A stretch of DNA of 61,605 nucleotides, counting the filler. It is 5 parts of 5 records of this genome, joined end to end, with 100 filler letters (N's around TTAATTAATTAA, not from the genome) between each part and the next. Parts side by side here need not be neighbours in the genome. Positions count along the whole stretch, not along the records: positions 1 to 10,017 come from DRR723986_19017; positions 10,118 to 15,311 come from DRR723986_19031; 3 more parts are not named here. One strand, 5' to 3'. Made by a program: the position numbers and the translations under genes. The stretch's first letter is position 1. Each line of letters begins with the position of its first letter. Below, piece by piece: positions 1-10,317 of the stretch. The notes under the pieces were generated by a model. The model saw only the letters and a program-made list of their open reading frames with translations, did no database searches and was not told the origin of the DNA.

Positions 1-191
1 GATAGACGAACGGGCCACTCTTGCTGTGTGGCGCTTTTAGGGTTTCGATCTGCCCGGAGCAAGTGCTGATTTTAAGATTCTTGAGAAATTCGAATTTTTT
101 TTGTCTGAAGGGGAAAAACGACAAACTGATGGGATCAAAGAACTCCGCCGATTTCCCCTAAACAGTGGGTTGAACTTCGCTAAGAGCCGTC

Positions 192-1079
192 TCAGATAGA
201 ATTAAACAGGCGGTCTAACCCTTGGGTGTCTATTGTGTGTGCTGGGCCAATACACACCACTGCGTGCTCTGTTCTGGCGGGGCAGGCTGTGGTTTCAGCC
301 CGGCGTCCAATGATTTGGAGCAACACAGTTTCTCCTGTTGGAGTCGGCACAAACCCTTTGGCCCGCGTTATACCCAGTTCAGGGGAAGTCAGACCCGTCA
401 CAAGCGCCTCAAGGTTAATGGGGCGAGAGATGGGGAAAACCGAACTTTCAAACAGAGCATCAGAATGCCGGCTGTGTTCTTGGGACAGTTCAGGGGTTCG
501 AGGGCCAAGGATGATGTCTGAAGCCACCCTTCCTTGGGTGGCGTGAACCAGCGCGGCGCGCGGCGATACAGTCGCTAACCAATGCCCAAGGTCCTGAGAC
601 CATGCATCGCTCACCAGATCTGTTTTGGTGGCAATAACCAGATCTGCATCCTTTAACTGGCGCAGGATTGTGTCACCGAGATAGGCATCCTGAGACAGGT
701 CACGCACCGTTTCACTATCGGCAAGAACCACGACGCCGTTTGGCTTTAGCCCTTGTATCAACGACAGGCTGGCGGCGATTGCCCCGGGAATCGCAACACC
801 AGACGCTTCGATAACGATATGGTCCGGGCGGGGCTGGCGCTGCATCAGATCCATCAACGCACCAACAAGGTTGTCCCCAAACGAACAACAAATACAGCCG
901 CCTGCGATGGAAATCAGGTCATCATCCTGCGCTTCGATCAGATCCTCATCAATAGAAAGCGCGCCAAACTCATTGACTAAGATTGCCAATTTTTGACCAT
1001 CGGGATGGCGCAGCAAGTGATTGATCAATGTGGTTTTTCCAGCGCCAAGATACCCGCCGATTGTTGTAATCGGTATCAC
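192..1079 (-). CDS. COG0523/CobW-family G3E P-loop GTPase (putative metallochaperone)
   Basis: GYLGAGKTT Walker A, NEFG, GCICC (CxCC), EASG and TKTD motifs; start codon overlaps the stop of the upstream amidohydrolase. Confidence 0.9.
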   Translation of the reverse strand: MIPITTIGGYLGAGKTTLINHLLRHPDGQKLAILVNEFGALSIDEDLIEAQDDDLISIAGGCICCSFGDNLVGALMDLMQRQPRPDHIVIEASGVAIPGAIAASLSLIQGLKPNGVVVLADSETVRDLSQDAYLGDTILRQLKDADLVIATKTDLVSDAWSQDLGHWLATVSPRAALVHATQGRVASDIILGPRTPELSQEHSRHSDALFESSVFPISRPINLEALVTGLTSPELGITRAKGFVPTPTGETVLLQIIGRRAETTACPARTEHAVVCIGPAHTIDTQGLDRLFNSI

Positions 1080-2719
1080 AGATCATCTGCCGCGAAAATG
1101 CGCCCACCTTGAACAGTGCCCCAGACGCCGATGTCTTTTAAGGCCATGGGGTCGCAGGTCGTCGGATCATCTTGCAAAACAGCAAAATCAGCGCGTTTCC
1201 CCACTTCGATAGATCCAACTTCGCCATCCAGATGCAATGTGTAAGCCGCGCCAAGGGTGACCGCTTGCAGGGCCTCAGCAACGCTGATCTTTTCAGCCTC
1301 GCCTTGCACCCGCCCGCTGGCTGTTATGCGATTCACTGCACACCAAGCGGTAAAGAGAGGCGAAAGTGGCGTAACAGGCGCATCCGAGTGCACTGTCATC
1401 GGGACATCGTTATCCAACGCCGTCCGGCACGCATTCATGCGTTCCGCGCGTTCGGGGCCGACAGTCAGGCGATAATGTTCGTCCCCCCAGTAGAAATGAT
1501 GATTTGCGAACAGATTAACGCACATGCCCAGTGACTTCATGCGACGGAATTGAGCCTGATCAGCCAACTGACAGTGTTGCAGCGTGAACCGGTGGTCTGG
1601 CCGCGGATGCGCGGTTAGGGCAGGGGCCAGCATATCAAGCGCAAGGTCGGTCGCCTGATCCCCGTTTGTATGGGTGTGGACACAGATGTCGGCCTCTAGC
1701 GCCCGATGATAGATTTCGGACAGTTGTTCAGGGGCAATATACCAAAGCCCGTTTTCTGCTCCGTTGTGATATCCGGGCCAGCGCAGGCGAGCCGAGAAGC
1801 CTTGGATCGACCCATCAGCAATAACTTTGATCCGCCCCAATCGCAGCTGATCTGTTGATTTTTTCTTATGCTCCAAGGTTATGGCAATCAGCTCTTCTGG
1901 TGTGTGTCCCATAAAAAACTTCAACGGTACGACCCGCGCAGGAAAGTTGGGTTCCCCTGTGACCCGCAGCATCATGTCAACAGCATTGTCATCCAAACGT
2001 GATGCCAGATCGGTCACGGTTGTCGTACCGGTGCGAACGCAAAGCTTGGCAAAATCACGCAAGCCGGGTTCATCTGCATCTGTCGCGGCACGATCTAAGC
2101 CAATTATTGGTCCAACCGGCATATAAACTTCGGGTGATTTGAGGACACCAATCGACAGTCCATCTGCGCCCAGTTCGATGCCCGGATGGTTTAGGCCGGT
2201 GCGCATCATCCCCGCCAGTTCCAAGGCTTTGGTATTCACATTCAAAATATGCCCCGAGGCGTGCAATATGCCGATGGGGCGCGTGGCTGAAACCTGATCC
2301 AGATCGTGGCGTGTGACCGTAATGTTATCCATATAAATCGGATCGAGCTGAAACCCGGTCAATGGTGCATCAGGATCGGTCAACTCCGCCTCGGCCTGTT
2401 TCAGGCGACCCAGCACATCATCCAGAGTTTTCAACCCATCCCAGACTTTGCCATTCGGATCCATCCGGTCAAAGAAGCCACAATAAACGTGGCGCCAGAG
2501 TGTTCCCTCCATTGCATGGGCATGGCCTTCGACAAAGCCGGGCATCAGGGTCATATCAGCAAATTGGGTGTTAAGTTCGTAATCACCCCAGCCTTGGAGA
2601 TCTGTCAAAGATCCGACACCCAGAATACGGCCGTCCCGGACGGCCACGTGGGTCGCGGTGGGCGCGCTGGGATTCATTGTGACAATGGATCGTGCTTGGA
2701 AAATCGTGATGCCTGTCAT
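1076..2719 (-). CDS. Metal-dependent amidohydrolase (Amidohydro_3 / YtcJ-like)
   Basis: PGFVEGHAH (HxH), KVIADGS, HTNGD, QHCQ, HSDAP and GSIEVGKRADF motifs. Confidence 0.9.
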   Translation of the reverse strand: MTGITIFQARSIVTMNPSAPTATHVAVRDGRILGVGSLTDLQGWGDYELNTQFADMTLMPGFVEGHAHAMEGTLWRHVYCGFFDRMDPNGKVWDGLKTLDDVLGRLKQAEAELTDPDAPLTGFQLDPIYMDNITVTRHDLDQVSATRPIGILHASGHILNVNTKALELAGMMRTGLNHPGIELGADGLSIGVLKSPEVYMPVGPIIGLDRAATDADEPGLRDFAKLCVRTGTTTVTDLASRLDDNAVDMMLRVTGEPNFPARVVPLKFFMGHTPEELIAITLEHKKKSTDQLRLGRIKVIADGSIQGFSARLRWPGYHNGAENGLWYIAPEQLSEIYHRALEADICVHTHTNGDQATDLALDMLAPALTAHPRPDHRFTLQHCQLADQAQFRRMKSLGMCVNLFANHHFYWGDEHYRLTVGPERAERMNACRTALDNDVPMTVHSDAPVTPLSPLFTAWCAVNRITASGRVQGEAEKISVAEALQAVTLGAAYTLHLDGEVGSIEVGKRADFAVLQDDPTTCDPMALKDIGVWGTVQGGRIFAADDL

Positions 2720-2804
2720 GGAAACCCTCGTGCGTTGAACCTGAATCGGACGTGTTCCGCAAACGGTAGGGGGCTTTGCATGATTGGAAAAATGGTTTTT
2801 ACTG

Positions 2805-2828
2805 CACTATAAGAACGAAAAAATAGTG
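2805..2828. promoter_or_regulatory. Putative LysR binding site in the divergent promoter
   Basis: Inverted repeat CACTAT-N12-ATAGTG containing T-N11-A, just upstream of the LysR gene. Confidence 0.45.
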
Positions 2829-2842
2829 AAAGGAGATTGGCG

Positions 2843-3778
2843 ATGAATTTCACACTAAAGCAACTTCGCTATGTCGAAGCGGCGGGGCGACTGGGGTCGA
2901 TTGCACAAGCTGCGGGCGAAATGTCTATTTCCCAATCGTCTATCACGGCTGCGATTGATGCGCTTGAAACCTCGCTGACCTATGACTTGTTTGTGCGCAC
3001 GCCTGCCAAAGGAATCAGGGCAACACCTGCCGGTGATGAAGCCCTGCATTTGATCCGGGCATTTATCCATCAATCGCGCCATTTCGAAACCGAATTGACG
3101 TCGGTTGGTGGGGACACATCCGGACATGTTCGGATTGCTTGTTATGCGACTGCGGCACCGGCTTTTTTACCACCAATTTTGAAGAATATCTCTGACGCTT
3201 TTCCGGGGATGTCCGTTCAGGTGCTGGAGGGAAATCTAGAAACGATTCTTGAATTTCTCAACGAAGGCAAAGCAGATCTGGTGTTCACGTACACAGAAGG
3301 GCTTACAAAAAACCATAATTTTCAACCGCTATTCGAGGCACCGCCTTATGCGTTGGTGGGATTGGACGATCCACTGGCAAAGCAACAATCCGTGACGTTT
3401 TATGAATTGGTCGACCGGCCTATGGTGCTGTTGGATCTGCCCCGGACTCGTGACTATTTCACCGGCCTGTTCGAGCGCCGAGGCCTACGCCCAAACATCG
3501 CACACACAACGCGATCTGCAGAGATTGCGCGGGCGCTTGTGGCAGGCGGATTTGGATATTCTATCCTTAATATTCGTCCACCGGATTACTATGAGGAAAA
3601 GGTCGGATATCGCGCGTTGCCAATCCAAGGGGCCCCAACGGCGCAGAGTTTTGGCATCGCGACGCTGGCAGGTGCGAGAGAACCTAAGATTGTGCGAGCT
3701 TTTATTGCGAATTGCCAAAAGTTGCAGCGAGAAGGGGCCTTTGACACGCTGACTGTCTGGGACACTGAAAACGAATAA
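2843..3778 (+). CDS. LysR-family transcriptional regulator
   Basis: N-terminal HTH (TLKQLRY...SIAQAA...SQSSIT...LE...LFVR) plus substrate-binding domain; AGGAG 7 nt before ATG 2843. Confidence 0.93.
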   Translation: MNFTLKQLRYVEAAGRLGSIAQAAGEMSISQSSITAAIDALETSLTYDLFVRTPAKGIRATPAGDEALHLIRAFIHQSRHFETELTSVGGDTSGHVRIACYATAAPAFLPPILKNISDAFPGMSVQVLEGNLETILEFLNEGKADLVFTYTEGLTKNHNFQPLFEAPPYALVGLDDPLAKQQSVTFYELVDRPMVLLDLPRTRDYFTGLFERRGLRPNIAHTTRSAEIARALVAGGFGYSILNIRPPDYYEEKVGYRALPIQGAPTAQSFGIATLAGAREPKIVRAFIANCQKLQREGAFDTLTVWDTENE

Positions 3779-3883
3779 CCCTAAAAAACCAAACAAGGTG
3801 ACATATTAAATCTGTTTTCTGGTGTAACAATGCTGGGCTAGGCTTCATGGCAATAACCAAAAGAACATCTGGGAGGATGATCC

Positions 3884-5461
3884 ATGAAGCACTTTTTAAA
3901 GGGGCTGGTTGCCTCTGCTGCGCTGAGCGCAGTTGTAGTGGGAAGCCAGGCCGCGGCCGAAGAACCGGTACGGGGAGGCACCTTGGTAACGGTGATTGCG
4001 ACCAATGTTCGGAACTTGAACTCATCTGTTCAATCCGGAATCGCAACTGGGTACCCCGGCGCACAATTGTTCGCCTCGCCCCTGCGCTATGACGAAGATT
4101 GGAACCCTCAACCTTATTTGGCAGAAAGTTGGGAAGTCAGCGAAGACGGCCTGACAGTGACCTTGAATTTGGTGAAGAATGCCAAATTCCATGATGGTGT
4201 GCCGATCACGTCTAAAGACGTGGCATTTTCGGTTGATGTGATCAAAGAGAACCATCCGTTCAAGTCGATGTTTGCCCCGGTGTCTTCGGTTGATACACCA
4301 GATGATCACACAGCGATCCTGAATTTGTCGAAACCCCACCCGGGTCTGATGTTGGCGATGTCAGGTCAGCTGATGTCGATCATTCCACAGCACGTGTATG
4401 GGGATGTTCCTATAAAAGAGGTGAAAACTCACCCTCGAAACAATGAGAACCCAGTTGGTTCAGGGCCCTTCAAACTGGTCGAATACAAATCTGGTGAACA
4501 CATCATTTTGGAACGGTTCGACGACTTCTTTATTGAAGGACGTCCGTATCTGGACAAAGTGGTGATGCGGATTATCACCGATCCAGCCGCGCGTGCGATT
4601 GCTTATGAAAATGGCGAATTGCATATGGGTGCATTCGAGTCTCTGCCGCGTATCATCAATCGCTTGAAAAAAGTGGATGGATTGAATGTGACCCCAAAAG
4701 GGTACGGTGCGATTGGTCCACTTGATTGGCTGGCGATGAACACCCAATCGGGCCCGCTCAAGGATGTTCGTGTCCGCAAGGCAATTGCCTATGCGATTGA
4801 TAAGAATTTCATCCAGAAAGCCCTGATGCTTGGCACGTCAGAGGACAGCCGGACAGGTATCCACCCTGATAGCCCATTCTATAATGGGGATGTCGAAGGT
4901 TATGACGTTGATCTCGACAAGGCTAACGCCCTGTTGGACGAGGCCGGTTTCCCAATGGATGGGGACAAGCGGTTTTCGCTGACGATCGATTTTGGCTGGC
5001 CGGGCGTAAAACCGCAGGTCGAATATGTCAAAGCGGCGCTGAAAAAGGTTGGCATCGACGTGTCCGTCCGCGCGAGCGCCGATTTCCCGACTTGGGCCAA
5101 GCGTATGGGTCAAATGGACTTCGACATGAGCTGGGATACCGTCTTTAACTGGGGCGATCCTGTGATCGGTGTCCACCGGACATATGTGTCAGATAACATT
5201 GGCAAAGGTGTCTGGTCGAACACGCAGGGCTATTCCAACGCACGTGTAGATGAGCTGCTTGATATGGCCGCGCGCGAAAATGACCCGGAAAAGCGCAAAG
5301 CGATGTATGGTGAATTCCAACAGATCATCGCGGATGAACTGCCAGTCTATCACACCAACACACTCCCATATCACACGGTGTATTCCGACAAAGTCGGCAA
5401 CCCACCATTGGGCATTTGGGGTACGTCGACGCCAATCGACATGACCTACCTGAAAAAGTGA
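3884..5461 (+). CDS. ABC transporter substrate-binding protein, family 5 (peptide/nickel)
   Basis: Signal peptide; LAESWEVSEDG, KFHDG, GSGPF and VRKAIAYAID motifs; GGAGG RBS. Confidence 0.93.
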   Translation: MKHFLKGLVASAALSAVVVGSQAAAEEPVRGGTLVTVIATNVRNLNSSVQSGIATGYPGAQLFASPLRYDEDWNPQPYLAESWEVSEDGLTVTLNLVKNAKFHDGVPITSKDVAFSVDVIKENHPFKSMFAPVSSVDTPDDHTAILNLSKPHPGLMLAMSGQLMSIIPQHVYGDVPIKEVKTHPRNNENPVGSGPFKLVEYKSGEHIILERFDDFFIEGRPYLDKVVMRIITDPAARAIAYENGELHMGAFESLPRIINRLKKVDGLNVTPKGYGAIGPLDWLAMNTQSGPLKDVRVRKAIAYAIDKNFIQKALMLGTSEDSRTGIHPDSPFYNGDVEGYDVDLDKANALLDEAGFPMDGDKRFSLTIDFGWPGVKPQVEYVKAALKKVGIDVSVRASADFPTWAKRMGQMDFDMSWDTVFNWGDPVIGVHRTYVSDNIGKGVWSNTQGYSNARVDELLDMAARENDPEKRKAMYGEFQQIIADELPVYHTNTLPYHTVYSDKVGNPPLGIWGTSTPIDMTYLKK

Positions 5462-5469
5462 TCTGAACG

Positions 5470-5503
5470 GCCGTGGCGGCAGATGTCGCCACGGCTTTGT
5501 TTT
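5470..5503 (+). terminator. Intercistronic hairpin / partial terminator after the binding-protein gene
   Basis: GCCGTGGCGGCA / TGTCGCCACGGC stem followed by TTTGTTTT. Confidence 0.6.
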
Positions 5504-5519
5504 GCAAGGGGCCACGCGT

Positions 5520-6497
5520 GTGAAATTTCTCCAGACTACGATGATCCGGGTGATCTATGCTGTACTGCTGTTGTTGGCAGTGTTGGTGTTGAATTTCTCG
5601 TTAATGCACCTCGCGCCGGGGGATGTGGCTGATACGATTAGCCAATCGATGGGCGGGGCAGATCAAGAAGTGCTTGACCAAATTCGATCCGACTATGGGT
5701 TGGATCAACCCTTTATCGTTCAATTGGGCCGCTACATCGGTGGCGTTCTACAAGCCGACTTAGGGTTTTCGTTCTTCTATAATCAACCTGTCACCAAGCT
5801 TATTCTCGAACGATTGCCCGCTACGCTGTTGTTGGTGATCACCTCGCAGGTCCTGGCATTGGGATTGGGCGTTTTGTTGGGGGTGATCTCTGCCCGAAAG
5901 CCCAATGGCATCAGCAGTCACCTCGTTACTTTTTTGGCTCTGTTTGGTTATTCTGCGCCCGTTTTCTGGACCGGAATTCTATTGCTGATTGGCTTTTCGC
6001 TCCAGTTCCAGTGGTTCCCAGTTGCGGGAATGCGGGATGTGACGATCAGCGGGGGGTTTTGGGTTCATTTCTGGGATGTAACACGACACCTTGTGCTGCC
6101 TACAATCACGCTTTCTTCGATCTTCTTGGCGCTCTATTCCCGCCTGTCACGTGCAACGATGATGGAGGTTCTAGGCTCCGACTATGTGCGTACAGCCAAG
6201 GCCAAAGGGCTGACAGAGCGTCAGGTGGTTTACAAACACGCGCTCAAAAACTCGCTTTCTCCAGTGATTACACTGGCTGGCTTGCAGCTCTCGGCTGTGG
6301 TGTCCGGCGCGGTGTTGGTTGAGACCGTCTTTAGCTGGCCCGGTTTGGGGACGCTTGCGTTCCAGTCGATCATTGCACGGGATACGCCTACAATACTGGG
6401 AATCCTGTTCTTTTCCGCCTTGGTTGTGATCGTTGGCAACCTGTTGACTGATCTGGCCCTGCGGCTGGTTGACCCCCGTATGAGGGAGAGGGCATGA
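5520..6497 (+). CDS. ABC transporter permease (DppB-like); start uncertain (5502/5520/5541)
   Basis: APGD, YGLDQP, RLPATL and DYVRTAKAKGL (EAA loop) motifs. Confidence 0.92.
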   Translation: MKFLQTTMIRVIYAVLLLLAVLVLNFSLMHLAPGDVADTISQSMGGADQEVLDQIRSDYGLDQPFIVQLGRYIGGVLQADLGFSFFYNQPVTKLILERLPATLLLVITSQVLALGLGVLLGVISARKPNGISSHLVTFLALFGYSAPVFWTGILLLIGFSLQFQWFPVAGMRDVTISGGFWVHFWDVTRHLVLPTITLSSIFLALYSRLSRATMMEVLGSDYVRTAKAKGLTERQVVYKHALKNSLSPVITLAGLQLSAVVSGAVLVETVFSWPGLGTLAFQSIIARDTPTILGILFFSALVVIVGNLLTDLALRLVDPRMRERA

Positions 6498-7390
6498 CCA
6501 TGAATAATGACCCTATGAACACCCCGACCGAAGCCCCTGTTGAACAAGCTCGTTCCCCATTTGCTGAGGCATGGAGCATGTTCCTGCGCAACCATGCGGC
6601 TGTGGCTGCATTGGGTGTGTTGTTTCTGATCGTGCTGGGCGCAATCATTGGACCCTTCCTATATCCAATCGATCCGTTCGAAATGGTCTGGGCCCCGTTT
6701 TCCCCACCGGGTGAAGAGGGATTTTTGTTGGGCACCGATTATCTGGGCCGGGATCTGTTGGCGATGATCATCAACGGGGCGCGGGTGTCTTTGTTGATCG
6801 GTCTTGCCGCAGCGGTAGTTTCGGTTGTGATTGGCGTCACGGTTGGCGCGCTCGCCGGGTTCTATCGGGGCTGGGTAGAAGAGGTGCTGATGCGCATCAC
6901 CGAGTTCTTTCAGGTCCTGCCCACATTGCTGTTTTCGATGGTTATTGTCGCCCTGTTTGGCGCATCGCTGACTATGATCACCTTCGCCATTGGCATCGTC
7001 AGTTGGACCGCAGTGGCGCGCATTACCCGCTCTGAATTCCTCCGTATCCGCGAGCTGGAATATGTCACGGCCTCGCGCGCTGCCGGGGCAAGCCCGATGA
7101 ACCTGATGTTTGGGGTCATCCTGCCAAACGCTATGCCGCCAATCATCGTGCAATCTGCGCTGATGGTCGGCTCTGCGATCTTGTTCGAGGCGGGCCTGTC
7201 GTTTCTGGGTTTGACTGATCCAAACGTCGTCAGCTGGGGGCAGATCATCGGCTCGAACCGGCAATATATTCTGGATGCAGGGTATACCGTCACCATACCG
7301 GGACTCGCGATATTTGTGACCGTACTGGCGATTTCGCTGGTCGGTGATGGATTGAACGACGCCCTAAACCCCAAGCTGAGGCAGCGCTAA
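6494..7390 (+). CDS. ABC transporter permease (DppC-like)
   Basis: LGTDYLGRD, GARVSL, EYVTASRAAGA and EAGLSFLG motifs. Confidence 0.92.
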   Translation: MTMNNDPMNTPTEAPVEQARSPFAEAWSMFLRNHAAVAALGVLFLIVLGAIIGPFLYPIDPFEMVWAPFSPPGEEGFLLGTDYLGRDLLAMIINGARVSLLIGLAAAVVSVVIGVTVGALAGFYRGWVEEVLMRITEFFQVLPTLLFSMVIVALFGASLTMITFAIGIVSWTAVARITRSEFLRIRELEYVTASRAAGASPMNLMFGVILPNAMPPIIVQSALMVGSAILFEAGLSFLGLTDPNVVSWGQIIGSNRQYILDAGYTVTIPGLAIFVTVLAISLVGDGLNDALNPKLRQR

Positions 7391-8376
7391 TGGATCCGCT
7401 ACTGAAAATCGAAAATCTGCGGATCGAATTGCAGACCCGCGCTGGGGTGGCACCGGTTATCGACGACTTGTCCTTTGAACTGGCCGCAGGCGAAGCCATC
7501 AGTTTTGTCGGAGAATCTGGCTGCGGCAAGTCCATGACGGCACTCAGCATTATGGGGTTGTTGCCCGAGGGGATCGGCCGTGTTGCCAGCGGCTCAATTC
7601 AATTCGCGGGGGAAGAGCTGACAACCGCAAGCCGGCCGAGATTGCGGGATCTACGCGGCAACGACATTTCGATGATTTTCCAGGAACCAATGACCTCACT
7701 TAATCCGGTGTACACGGTTGGGGAACAAATCGCCGAAGTGTTGCGCGCCCACCAAGGGTTGTCGCGCAAGGCGGCATGGGACATGGCGATTGAATTGCTG
7801 GATGCCGTACGTATTCCAAATGCGAAAAGCCGGGTCTCGTCTTACCCGTTTCAGATGTCAGGCGGACAGCGTCAGCGCGTGATGATTGCGATGGCATTGG
7901 CCTGCAAGCCAAAGATCCTGATCGCAGATGAGCCGACCACCGCATTGGATGTCACAGTCCAAGCGCAGATTTTTGACCTGTTACGGGATCTTCGGCGGGA
8001 CACGGGGACTGCAATCATCATGATCACCCACGATATGGGGGCAGTTGCGGAAATGGCTGATAGGGTCATCGTTATGTACGCTGGACGAAAGGCGGAAATC
8101 GGACCGGTCGAACAGATCATTGAACACCCGCGCCACCCCTACACCAAGGGGCTGATCTCATGCGTCCCGCATATCCACAACCCTTTAACCGAAGAGCGCG
8201 AGGAGCTGACGGAAATTCCGGGCATCGTTCCTTCGCTCAATGATTTTGGCGCGGATTCGTGTCTATTTGCGTCAAGATGCGCTTGGCGAACGCCCGATTG
8301 TACTAAGGCACGCCCTAAGCCGGTGTCCTTTGACGGTGGGCAGATTGCCGATTGCTGGCATGCGGAGGCAATTTGA
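7390..8376 (+). CDS. ABC transporter ATP-binding protein (DppD-like)
   Basis: GESGCGKS, MSGGQRQR, ADEPTTALD and C-terminal HPY/Cys motif. Confidence 0.93.
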   Translation: MDPLLKIENLRIELQTRAGVAPVIDDLSFELAAGEAISFVGESGCGKSMTALSIMGLLPEGIGRVASGSIQFAGEELTTASRPRLRDLRGNDISMIFQEPMTSLNPVYTVGEQIAEVLRAHQGLSRKAAWDMAIELLDAVRIPNAKSRVSSYPFQMSGGQRQRVMIAMALACKPKILIADEPTTALDVTVQAQIFDLLRDLRRDTGTAIIMITHDMGAVAEMADRVIVMYAGRKAEIGPVEQIIEHPRHPYTKGLISCVPHIHNPLTEEREELTEIPGIVPSLNDFGADSCLFASRCAWRTPDCTKARPKPVSFDGGQIADCWHAEAI

Positions 8377-9368
8377 TGGCTGATCCTTTTGTACAGGTTG
8401 AGAACCTTTCCGTACACTTTGCGCTCAAACGCAAAGGCATGTTCGGCGCAAAGTCGGTCTTGAAAGCTGTCGATGACGTGTCGTTTAGCGTGGGGCGGGG
8501 GGAAACCCTTGCGATCGTGGGCGAAAGTGGGTCGGGCAAGACAACAGCGGCTCTGGCGGTGGCGCAATTGGTCAACGCAGCTGGTGGATCGGTCAAACTT
8601 GACGGTGAGGAGGTCCTGGGGGTTCAGGGCGACGCGCTTCGGTCCATGCGTGAACGGGTTCAGTTCATTTTCCAAGATCCCTATTCCAGCCTGAACCCAC
8701 GTCGTCGCGCCGAAGATCTGGTGCGCGAACCGCTTGACAGTTTGACAGATAAAACCAAGGCCGAAAAACAGCAGATCGTTGATGAGCTGTTTGCAGCCGT
8801 GGGGCTGCGCAAAGAGCAGCAACGCCTGTTTCCGCATCAGTTCTCTGGTGGTCAACGCCAGCGGATCGGTATTGCGCGGGCTTTAGCAACCCGGCCCGAA
8901 GTCATCATTTGTGATGAACCGGTCTCTGCTTTGGACGTGGCTGTTCAGGCGCAAATTCTAAACCTGTTGCGTCGTTTGCAAACCGAATTTGGCCTGACAT
9001 TCCTGTTCATCAGCCATGATTTAGGGGTTGTACAGCATGTCAGCGACCGGATTGCGGTGATGTACATGGGCCGGGTGGTCGAACTTGCGGATCGCCTTAG
9101 CCTGTTTAATTCGCCTCGACACCCCTACACCAAGGCGTTGCTTTCGGCGGTGCCTGCTGTGTCGCGCAAAGATCGGGCCGCGCGTCAGCGCATTTTGATC
9201 CCGGGTGATCCGCCCGATCCCGTCAATCTGCCTGCGGGGTGCCGTTTTGCCAGCCGTTGCCCTCACGTGATGCCCATTTGCAAAGAGCAGGAGCCAGGGA
9301 TGTCTCGCGTGGGCGCGGGCCACCAAACGGCCTGCCATCTGACAGAGCAGGAAGAGGCCACGGTCTAA
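8376..9368 (+). CDS. ABC transporter ATP-binding protein (DppF-like)
   Basis: GESGSGKT, FSGGQRQR, CDEPVSALD and GCRFASRC; TGATG coupling at 8374-8378. Confidence 0.93.
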   Translation: MADPFVQVENLSVHFALKRKGMFGAKSVLKAVDDVSFSVGRGETLAIVGESGSGKTTAALAVAQLVNAAGGSVKLDGEEVLGVQGDALRSMRERVQFIFQDPYSSLNPRRRAEDLVREPLDSLTDKTKAEKQQIVDELFAAVGLRKEQQRLFPHQFSGGQRQRIGIARALATRPEVIICDEPVSALDVAVQAQILNLLRRLQTEFGLTFLFISHDLGVVQHVSDRIAVMYMGRVVELADRLSLFNSPRHPYTKALLSAVPAVSRKDRAARQRILIPGDPPDPVNLPAGCRFASRCPHVMPICKEQEPGMSRVGAGHQTACHLTEQEEATV

Positions 9369-9403
9369 CTTTGGTTGAGCGCACGCCCGCACGGGCTGTG
9401 CGC

Positions 9404-9820
9404 TCAACCCGTAGACAATCGTATATGACTTTGGGTTTCCGCCACATCAGGCAGGGCCCTGATTTGATCCAGAATTCCGTCCAGCCGTTTCAGGGACGAT
9501 GTGCGGATTTCAACAACAATATCAAAATTCCCACTCAGTGTATGAATGTCCATCACAGCTTCCATCCGCCGCAAAGACGCTTGGGTCACCCGTCCGTCGT
9601 CGGCCTTGAGACGGATTAGGGTAAAAGCACTGACTTGGTGATCATCTTCTGACGATCCGAGTTCCACAGTGAAGCGATGAATAACCTTCAAGTGCAAGAG
9701 CTTGTCGATCCGGTTTTGAACGGTCCCCCGGGAAACACCCAGATCTCGTGCAAGATCGGTGACAGAGGCGCGGGCGTCTTTGGTCAGCCGTAAAAGCAGG
9801 TTGTGATCCAGATCATCCAT
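9404..9820 (-). CDS. Lrp/AsnC-family transcriptional regulator
   Basis: DARASVTDLARDLGVSRGTV HTH plus RAM domain (SGNFD). Confidence 0.9.
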   Translation of the reverse strand: MDDLDHNLLLRLTKDARASVTDLARDLGVSRGTVQNRIDKLLHLKVIHRFTVELGSSEDDHQVSAFTLIRLKADDGRVTQASLRRMEAVMDIHTLSGNFDIVVEIRTSSLKRLDGILDQIRALPDVAETQSHIRLSTG

Positions 9821-9963
9821 GGTCGCCTCTCATGCCACTTAACTTATTGCCTTTTTGCCAGCAATTTCACGAATTGCAAGAATTTCTGTCGTTCTGATTG
9901 GCGCGCGGGTTTTGTTCACTCTTTGCATCAAGATGCACTTACGCGCGAAAAAGGATCCTCCCG

Positions 9964-10017
9964 ATGCAGCACGACAGCATAGAAATGTCCCACACCCCCA
10001 TTCTCCACTCTGCCGGT
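9964..10017 (+). CDS. Possible 5' fragment of a gene divergent from Lrp, cut by the contig end
   Basis: AAAGGA followed by ATG 9964, open to the linker (MQHDSIEMSHTPILHSAG). Confidence 0.35.
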
Positions 10018-10117
10018 NNNNNNNNNNNNNNNNNNNNNNNNNNNNNNNNNNNNNNNNNNNNTTAATTAATTAANNNNNNNNNNNNNNNNNNNNNNNNNNN
10101 NNNNNNNNNNNNNNNNN
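10018..10117. other. Artificial contig linker
   Basis: 44 N + TTAATTAATTAA (stops in all six frames) + 44 N. Confidence 0.98.
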
Positions 10118-10118
10118 G

Positions 10119-10229
10119 TGGTTCATCGGCGTCCAGTTCCACCCCGAACTCAAGTCCAAACCCTTCGATCCCCACCCGCTGTTTCGCGATTTCGTGCGGG
10201 CTGCGAAGGAAAACTCGCGTCTCGTCTGA
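10119..10229 (+). CDS. pyrG: CTP synthase, C-terminal fragment (absent from the ORF track)
   Basis: Translates [36 protein letters not shown], containing the class I GATase QFHPE motif. Confidence 0.92.
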   Translation, partial: WFIGVQFHPELKSKPFDPHPLFRDFVRAAKENSRLV

Positions 10230-10281
10230 TCAAGCAATCACCCGTGTCTTGGCCCCTCGCATCCCCTGCGGGGGAATATCT

Positions 10282-10313
10282 TTTGAACCTTGTCCAGGGT
10301 TCGTGCGACTCAC
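10282..10313 (+). promoter_or_regulatory. ECF-sigma-like promoter, copy 1
   Basis: TTTGAACC-N15-GCGACTCAC; same spacing as copies 2 and 3. Confidence 0.7.
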
Positions 10314-10317
10314 TGGC

